Part shown: positions 25,437-31,002 of the stretch, piece after piece
Layout of the letters: each line of letters opens with the position of its first letter
How positions within the stretch are numbered: position 1 is the stretch's first letter
Source of the DNA: an uncultured virus (IMG/VR IMGVR_UViG_3300046514_000361)
Lineage: Duplodnaviria; Heunggongvirae; Uroviricota; Caudoviricetes
Virus record (IMG/VR): IMGVR_UViG_3300046514_000361
DNA length: 31,002 nucleotides
Reading direction: 5' to 3' (one strand)
Translations under genes and position numbers: made by a program
Notes under the pieces: model-generated
Told to the model about the DNA's origin: nothing
What the model saw: only the letters and a program-made list of their open reading frames with translations
The model's database searches: none

Positions 25437-26638
25437 AGGCTGGCTACCGGCCCAAGTCGGTGAAGCTCGCCGACGACGCCAAGCCCGAGGCGCTCGCTGC
25501 GTTGTGCCGTCACCTGACCAACACGATGCGCGAGTGGCAGGGATCGGCCGACCGCGCGAACGTGAAAGTGGCCGCGCGTTGCGACGGGACGGTCGCGGGA
25601 CTCATTCGGGCCTACGAGACAAGCCCGGCGTCGCCGATCAATCGACCGTACAATCCAGACTCGAAGACGCCGACTGGCGTGAAGTTCAACTCGCGCAAAA
25701 TGTATCTCGACCAGAACAAGATACTTTACGATTTCGTCGGCCCGCGCGTGCTCGTCAACATCACGGGCGAGCAAATCTGGCAATGGTACGACCATTTGAT
25801 CGAGCCGGATCGAGAGGGCGGTCCTGAGCGGATCGCGCGTGGCAAGAACGCGATGGGGCAGTTCACGCGGCTGGTGAAGTTTGGCCTCACGGTCGGGATC
25901 GAAGGCTGCGACAGGCTAGCTTTGATTCTGACCGGTGGCGGCCTAGGGAGTCCGTTCCGCTTCCCCAACCCGGAGCGCCGCGACGAGCAACTCACACACA
26001 AGCAACTGCTAACGTTCTGCGCAGCGGCTGACAAAATGCGATGGAATGGCAAACCGTATTTTTCGCTGGCGCTCGGCACGGTCCTGCAATTCGAGGCGGG
26101 CGTGCGGCAGGCCGACATCATCGGCCAGTGGTGGCCGGTCGAGAAGTCTGCGAACGGCACGCTGGTGCGCGACGGCTACCAATGGCGCGGGCTGACCTGG
26201 GGCACACACCTCGATCCGGTGACGTTCGAGTTAAAAAAGCCGACATCGAAGAGCAAGGGCAAGAAGACCGCCATGGCCTACCTGAATGCGTCGCCCCTGG
26301 CGAAGGCGTGGCTGGAACGGATTCCGCGCGAGCAACGCATCGGGCCGGTGGTGATCAACGAGATGACGGGGCGTCCCTATGACCGTTCTGCGTACCATGA
26401 AAAATGGCGACGGGTGGCCAACGCGGCTGGCATTCCCAAGGCCGTGCAGAACCGGGATGCCCGCGCGGGCGCGATCACCGAGGCAGACGACGCTGGCGTC
26501 GAGAGCGGGCGCACCCAAAGGGTCGCCACGCATGGCACTGCCGAACAGACGCGTGGCTACAAGCGCGAGCACATGGAGAACGCCAAGCATGTGCTCACCA
26601 AGCGCGTTGCGGCGCGCAAAAAGGCGAGTCCGGATTAG
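25307..26638 (+). CDS. int: Tyrosine recombinase/integrase
   Basis: FEAGVRQADI (R), K in KSKGK, NRDARAGAITE (x-x-x-R box II), THGTAEQTRGY (H...Y). Confidence 0.85.
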   Translation: MAKAETKTATEADANTLDAPGLEWRERAGGKRIPIWVAAKKAVKAGYRPKSVKLADDAKPEALAALCRHLTNTMREWQGSADRANVKVAARCDGTVAGLIRAYETSPASPINRPYNPDSKTPTGVKFNSRKMYLDQNKILYDFVGPRVLVNITGEQIWQWYDHLIEPDREGGPERIARGKNAMGQFTRLVKFGLTVGIEGCDRLALILTGGGLGSPFRFPNPERRDEQLTHKQLLTFCAAADKMRWNGKPYFSLALGTVLQFEAGVRQADIIGQWWPVEKSANGTLVRDGYQWRGLTWGTHLDPVTFELKKPTSKSKGKKTAMAYLNASPLAKAWLERIPREQRIGPVVINEMTGRPYDRSAYHEKWRRVANAAGIPKAVQNRDARAGAITEADDAGVESGRTQRVATHGTAEQTRGYKREHMENAKHVLTKRVAARKKASPD

Positions 26639-26659
26639 TCCGGATTAGTCCGGATTAGT
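26627..26659. repeat. Tandem repeat AGTCCGGATT x3 spanning the integrase stop
   Basis: Read directly. Confidence 0.9.
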
Positions 26660-26767
26660 TGAGAGAACGCGGACGTCACTGAGATCATTGGGAGAAACAC
26701 GAAGTGAGACAACTCCTAGGAGTCTCCTAGGAGTCTCGTCGGAGTAGGACGGAAGGGGGAACACGGG

Positions 26768-26894
26768 TTTCCAACGGATTTCCAACGGAGCAAGATTCTC
26801 TAGATGAATCAAAGGCCCAGCCAAATCGCCAATTTGGACTAAGTCTTTGAAAAATCTAGCCGCCGTTGGCCCGTTGGAAAGTCGAATTCCAACG
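26768..26894. other. attP-like region: imperfect palindrome with arm-like repeats
   Basis: TTTCCAACGGA x2 (26768, 26779), inverted CCGTTGGAAA (26871), inner imperfect inverted repeat 26800-26859, IHF-like TAAGTCTTTGAAA. Confidence 0.55.
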
Positions 26895-26952
26895 TTTTTC
26901 CCCCTTTCGTTCTCCCGCTCAACGGGTTCACACCAGCGAAGGAGGACTGCCA

Positions 26953-27504
26953 ATGTCGATGCTCAGCTTAGGCCGCAATGGCAACGGGAAGGCCGCCCAG
27001 GCGCGTGTCGAGCCGCCGCCCTATCCGCCCGCCCCACCGCCCGAGGTGCAGCACTACGCGCCAAAGCCTCACGCAGGCCCGCACGAGCTTGGCACCCACA
27101 CCCTGCAGAACGTGGACGACATCACCTCGATGTCGGCCGAGCAGATCGAGCGCACCGCCGACCAAGTCGAAGAGGCCGGGCGCGAGGTAGCCGACGTCCT
27201 GCGCGAGGCGGCGAGGCGGGTGCGCCATTCTGGCGTGGTCGCCAACGAACGGCTGGCCAACTACGTCAGGGTCGTCACGACGTGCGCCGAGGCCGCCAGG
27301 GTGATGCAGCGTTCGGTCGAGCATCGCGACCAGCCGCAGCCCCCGCCGCCACCCCAGGAGGTCGAGACGGCCGCGCACGTCCATGCCGAGACGGGCGAAC
27401 CGACGCCCGCCGCGACCCCTGATCTCGACGCCATCGCCGAGCAACTCGGAACGCTCGCCCGCCGCGAAGGAGCTACCGCGCACAGCGACGGTGTCGCCAG
27501 TTGA
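26953..27504 (+). CDS. Hypothetical protein
   Basis: AAGGAGG RBS before ATG 26953; helical core with Pro-rich flanks. Confidence 0.75.
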   Translation: MSMLSLGRNGNGKAAQARVEPPPYPPAPPPEVQHYAPKPHAGPHELGTHTLQNVDDITSMSAEQIERTADQVEEAGREVADVLREAARRVRHSGVVANERLANYVRVVTTCAEAARVMQRSVEHRDQPQPPPPPQEVETAAHVHAETGEPTPAATPDLDAIAEQLGTLARREGATAHSDGVAS

Positions 27505-27516
27505 TGGAGTGGGGCG

Positions 27517-28065
27517 ATGTCCCGCTCCCGCACCGATCAGCGGTTGGTGCTCGCGCTGTTCTACGCGAGCATCGCCGCCGAGGTGGTCGCCTGGATCGCG
27601 TTCGCCATGGTGATCGTGATCGTGGCCAGCTTGCTCAACCCGCAGCTTGCGCACGGCGGTCCAATCGAGGACCGCTGGCCGCACGATCTCGCCGCACCGA
27701 GCGCGTTCGACGCGGCGAGCTTCGTCAACGCCTGGGCGGCGGCCGACGAGCCGCCGCCGACGCCGCCCAGGCCGGTCCCGCTGCAACCGCCGATGCCGAA
27801 GCTCAAGCCGCCAGCACAGAGTCACCCGATCATCTGCGCGAGCGGCCCCGACAAGAGCACTGTTCGGTGGATGTGGCGCGAGATCGATGGGCGGCGCTGT
27901 TGGTACGTCGGCACGGCATTGGTGGACAAGTCGCGGCTGCGCTGGCCACGCGCGCCGGTGCATGTCGATCCGGTCCCGGCCAAGAACACCTACGCGGCCC
28001 ACGGCGGCGGGCAGGTCCGCCGCGTGGGCCACTACCCACACGGGACACCGGAGTGCTGCTGGTGA
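27517..28065 (+). CDS. Membrane-anchored or secreted hypothetical protein
   Basis: N-terminal hydrophobic helix, Pro-rich linker, W.WREIDGRRCWY.G. Confidence 0.65.
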   Translation: MSRSRTDQRLVLALFYASIAAEVVAWIAFAMVIVIVASLLNPQLAHGGPIEDRWPHDLAAPSAFDAASFVNAWAAADEPPPTPPRPVPLQPPMPKLKPPAQSHPIICASGPDKSTVRWMWREIDGRRCWYVGTALVDKSRLRWPRAPVHVDPVPAKNTYAAHGGGQVRRVGHYPHGTPECCW

Positions 28066-28380
28066 TTACCGCCGTCGCTTTCGCGGGAGCGAAAACAGAT
28101 CGATGACCTCGACATGCAGAGCCTTGGCGACCTGTTCGAGTCGCCGGATCAATGGCGTAGCGCCGCGCTCCCAGCGGGAAACCGTCATCGGAGTAACCCG
28201 CAGAAGCTGGCTAAGCCGCGCCTGGGTCATGCCGCGCACGGCGCGCCACTCCCCGATGTATAGCCGTGTCTTGCCCACAATTTCGGCACCTCCCGCCGGA
28301 ATCGAAGGTACTCGGGAAGGAAATATCCATTCAATAGACATTATCTGGCTAGGCGCCACGCGGTACGTGGATGTTGGCAC
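28066..28380 (-). CDS. XRE-family HTH regulator
   Basis: IGEWRAVRGMTQARLSQLLRVTPMTVSRWERG...LEQVAKALHV; start uncertain. Confidence 0.8.
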   Translation of the reverse strand: MPTSTYRVAPSQIMSIEWIFPSRVPSIPAGGAEIVGKTRLYIGEWRAVRGMTQARLSQLLRVTPMTVSRWERGATPLIRRLEQVAKALHVEVIDLFSLPRKRRR

Positions 28381-28484
28381 AGCACACGTTTCGCGATATG
28401 AACATACAATGTTTAGGATGTTGATCTATCGCAATTGCGACGGCACGGAATTTGTTACCGACGCTCGTCTGTTTGGGGCGGCCA

Positions 28485-28871
28485 ATGGATATTCCCTTCC
28501 GCGAGCCGAGACTCGTTTATCTCCGCATGCAGGCGGACCTGCAGCGGAATGCGGCCAGCAGCTACTATCCCGAGTTGCCGCTGCCAGAAGCCATCGAAGT
28601 GTCGGCGATCTCCAACGCGATCTTCATCGCCGAAGCCGATGGGACGCCCTTCACCACGCCTGCGCTCGCCAAGCACATCGGTATCCCAATCAAGACGTTG
28701 CGGCGTCGGCTCGCCGGTCTCAGAGCAAAGGGATACGTCCGCTACATCGGGCGGCAACGCCTCGGCATCAACATGACGATTTTGTTAGAGCCACAGCACG
28801 CGGAGAATCTCGCGCGGGCCTGCAAGATCATCATCGATGCGGCGGCAGCGTTGTCCAAGCTGGAATGGTAA
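28485..28871 (+). CDS. Winged-HTH protein
   Basis: PFTTPALAKHIGIPIKTLRRRLAGLRAKGYV. Confidence 0.7.
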   Translation: MDIPFREPRLVYLRMQADLQRNAASSYYPELPLPEAIEVSAISNAIFIAEADGTPFTTPALAKHIGIPIKTLRRRLAGLRAKGYVRYIGRQRLGINMTILLEPQHAENLARACKIIIDAAAALSKLEW

Positions 28872-29020
28872 CGACTTCGCGGTCGGCGGGCCAAATTGGC
28901 CACCTGTCACGAAAAATTTCGCATAACGTGGAACGTGTGATGGATATAACCATTGCGCACAGACAACACTGTCGTAAGATTGTCATGCGGGGAAGTTGCG
29001 TCCAGAAGGGGAAATAACCA

Positions 29021-29695
29021 ATGACCGTCTTGCCGAGCACTCAGGCCACCAAGGACATCAACGGCGTTGCGCACGAGTCGGAGATCAAGTTCTCGACGCC
29101 GAAGAGCAGCGCCGGATATTTTTCCCTGCGTGCGGTGGTGCCGCGCACGCTGCTGGTGAAGCTCGATGAGCCGTCACGCATCGCGGTGCGCGGCTCGCCA
29201 TACGAGGGGTTCATCATCGAGCCGACCAAGAGCAAAGAGACGGGGACATACGCAATCAACTACCGGCAGTCGCCGCGCAGCATCGTGCTGACCCTCGCGT
29301 TCGTGCCGACCAAGCTCACCAAGGTTGAGCGCCGCACCGTCGCGGTGGCGGCGCGCGTCAAGGATGGCAAGATTCACGTCGGCGGGATGCCGCCAGAATG
29401 GATCAAGGCGCAATCGCCATGGGTCGATGGTCCGCCCAGCAGCACGGTGCATCGGCTTCCAGCCAATATGACCACTGGCGCTGTCGCCAAGACAGGCAAC
29501 GGCAGTCCGACCGCGCCACCCGCCAAGGCCGACAAGAGCCTGCAGATCGGCGCCGACGTCACCAACGATCAATTGCGCGTTCGGCTCGCAGTCATGCTGC
29601 GCCAAGTCAGCGCGCTCAAGACCGAGTTGGAAAAGCGCAGCGGCCTCAAGCTGCGCATCACCCGAGACATGCACATCGTCGTTGATTTGGAGTAG
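29021..29695 (+). CDS. Hypothetical protein
   Basis: AAGGGG RBS; 224 aa ORF. Confidence 0.7.
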   Translation: MTVLPSTQATKDINGVAHESEIKFSTPKSSAGYFSLRAVVPRTLLVKLDEPSRIAVRGSPYEGFIIEPTKSKETGTYAINYRQSPRSIVLTLAFVPTKLTKVERRTVAVAARVKDGKIHVGGMPPEWIKAQSPWVDGPPSSTVHRLPANMTTGAVAKTGNGSPTAPPAKADKSLQIGADVTNDQLRVRLAVMLRQVSALKTELEKRSGLKLRITRDMHIVVDLE

Positions 29696-29750
29696 GACCG
29701 CGCGAAGAGCCATCGGGCGACTGGCGAACACGCGCACAAGAACGCGACGC

Positions 29751-30260
29751 ATGACCATGCGGCAACGTCCACCCCCCACGCGCATTCGCGCGCTGCTCGA
29801 CTACGACCGGACCACAGGGCAGTTCAGGTGGAAGCGGCCGACCGTGCGCCAACCGAAGAGATGGTTCGCCGGGAACAAATCTGTACGAAATTATTGGCGG
29901 CTCTACATCGATGGCCATCATTATCTCGCTCATGTGATTGCATTTGTGATCGTCAGAGGTCGATGGCCGCGTCACGAGATTTCGAGGCGGGATCGCGATC
30001 AGACGAATAACCGGTGGAGCAACCTTCGGGAGCTTCCGCATTCGAAGGTCGTGCTCAACCGTCGCAAAGGCGTGAACAACACCACAGGCTATCGCGGTGT
30101 GTCGCAGTATCGGACGCCAGCGGGCCGTCTACGGTTCCGAGCCGCATTGGACATTCACGGCCAGCGCGTTGGCCTTGGACTCTTCGACACGGCCAAGGAT
30201 GCAGGCATGGCGTGGGTCAAAGCTGCGCAGGAAATTTACGGAGATGCGTATGTCGCGTAG
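29751..30260 (+). CDS. HNH (HNH_3-like) plus AP2 domain protein
   Basis: LLDYDRTTGQFRW...YLAHVIAF...NNRWSNLR...NNTTGYRGVS...LGLFDTAKDA. Confidence 0.82.
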   Translation: MTMRQRPPPTRIRALLDYDRTTGQFRWKRPTVRQPKRWFAGNKSVRNYWRLYIDGHHYLAHVIAFVIVRGRWPRHEISRRDRDQTNNRWSNLRELPHSKVVLNRRKGVNNTTGYRGVSQYRTPAGRLRFRAALDIHGQRVGLGLFDTAKDAGMAWVKAAQEIYGDAYVA

Positions 30261-30936
30261 GTGCGGGGAGTGTACCGCGTGCTGCAAGCTTCTGCCGATG
30301 CAAGGCGAGCGCAAGAGTCCGCTGGTTGGTGAAACAATCCCGGCGATGATCGGCGCGGGCCTCGCGACCGCCGATGATTTTGTCGGCATGGTCCCGGAAT
30401 TTCCCAAGCGCGCAGGCGCGCGGTGTCCGCATCAACGCGTCCACAAGGGCTGCATGATCTACTCCAACCGGCCGTTTTGCTGTCGGGTCTGGAATTGCCT
30501 CTGGCTGGTCAACGACGACACGGCCGATCTGCCGCGCCCGGATCGCTGCCACTACGTCATCGACATCATGCCCGACGTCGTGCGCTGCGTGCCGAACAGC
30601 GGTGGCGAGCCGTTCAACGTCCCGGCCATCCAGGTGTGGGTCGATCCCGGCTATCCCGACGCCCACCGCGATCCGGCACTGCGTGCCTACCTGGAACGGC
30701 AAAGCCAGCGAAATGGCGGCGTGGTCGCAATGATCCGCTACAGCGAAACCGATGGCTTCATTCTCTGGCCGCCATCGGCCAACGACACCGGCGGCTGGAT
30801 CGAGGCGCGCGGTGAGATGATGCATCGCGAGCACCACCTCGCACCACCCGAAGAGTGGACGAAGGAGCCAGGAGACAATCATGGGAAACGACAGCAACAA
30901 CATCGACTATCACATGCTGATGGAAAACACGCCTGA
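30250..30936 (+). CDS. YkgJ-like CxxCxxCC cysteine-cluster protein
   Basis: RRCGECTACCK...CPH...GCMIYSNRPFCCRVWNCLWL. Confidence 0.75.
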   Translation: MSRRCGECTACCKLLPMQGERKSPLVGETIPAMIGAGLATADDFVGMVPEFPKRAGARCPHQRVHKGCMIYSNRPFCCRVWNCLWLVNDDTADLPRPDRCHYVIDIMPDVVRCVPNSGGEPFNVPAIQVWVDPGYPDAHRDPALRAYLERQSQRNGGVVAMIRYSETDGFILWPPSANDTGGWIEARGEMMHREHHLAPPEEWTKEPGDNHGKRQQQHRLSHADGKHA

Positions 30937-31002
30937 GAGCAACGTTGGCTACATCGATTGTTTTGAGATGGTGCGCCGCGTTGTATGCCCGATCAGTGAG
31001 GT
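30881..31002 (+). CDS. Hypothetical protein, 5' part (runs off the window)
   Basis: AGGAG RBS, ATG 30881, open to the window end. Confidence 0.5.
   Translation, partial: MGNDSNNIDYHMLMENTPESNVGYIDCFEMVRRVVCPISE

Larger units (their letters stand above)
1..31002. mobile_element. Temperate (lambdoid-organised) phage genome segment
   Basis: Divergent cro/cI switch, replication and recombination modules, excisionase-like gene and tyrosine integrase, HNH; dense ATGA/GTGA-coupled small ORFs; no host housekeeping genes seen. Confidence 0.93.

Overview
31 kb of a temperate, lambda-like phage genome (GC-rich; gene content suggests an alphaproteobacterial host, which is an inference). Left arm (minus strand, about 407-9392): Cro-like gene, GapR-like protein, RuvC-like resolvase, MT-A70 methylase, DUF1376 initiator with internal iterons, a T7 gp4/Twinkle-type primase-helicase whose zinc-binding domain lies in a separate overlapping ORF, a DUF6456-like late regulator and a packaging-type HNH. 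Right arm (plus strand): CI-like repressor, YqaJ exonuclease, ParB-like genes, many accessory ORFs, excisionase-like gene, tyrosine integrase, a palindromic attP-like region and more phage genes. The standout is 20794-23744: a lone Cas7/RAMP-like gene, a ~1.5 kb non-coding G-rich array built from G(G/C)(C/A)-NN pentamers and divided into units by 22 GGCAGGA delimiters (17 of 21 spacings are 5n+4 nt), and a conserved accessory gene. This looks like a phage-encoded, non-CRISPR RNA-guided system with a gapped dinucleotide guide code. All protein assignments come from motif recognition by eye; no searches were run.
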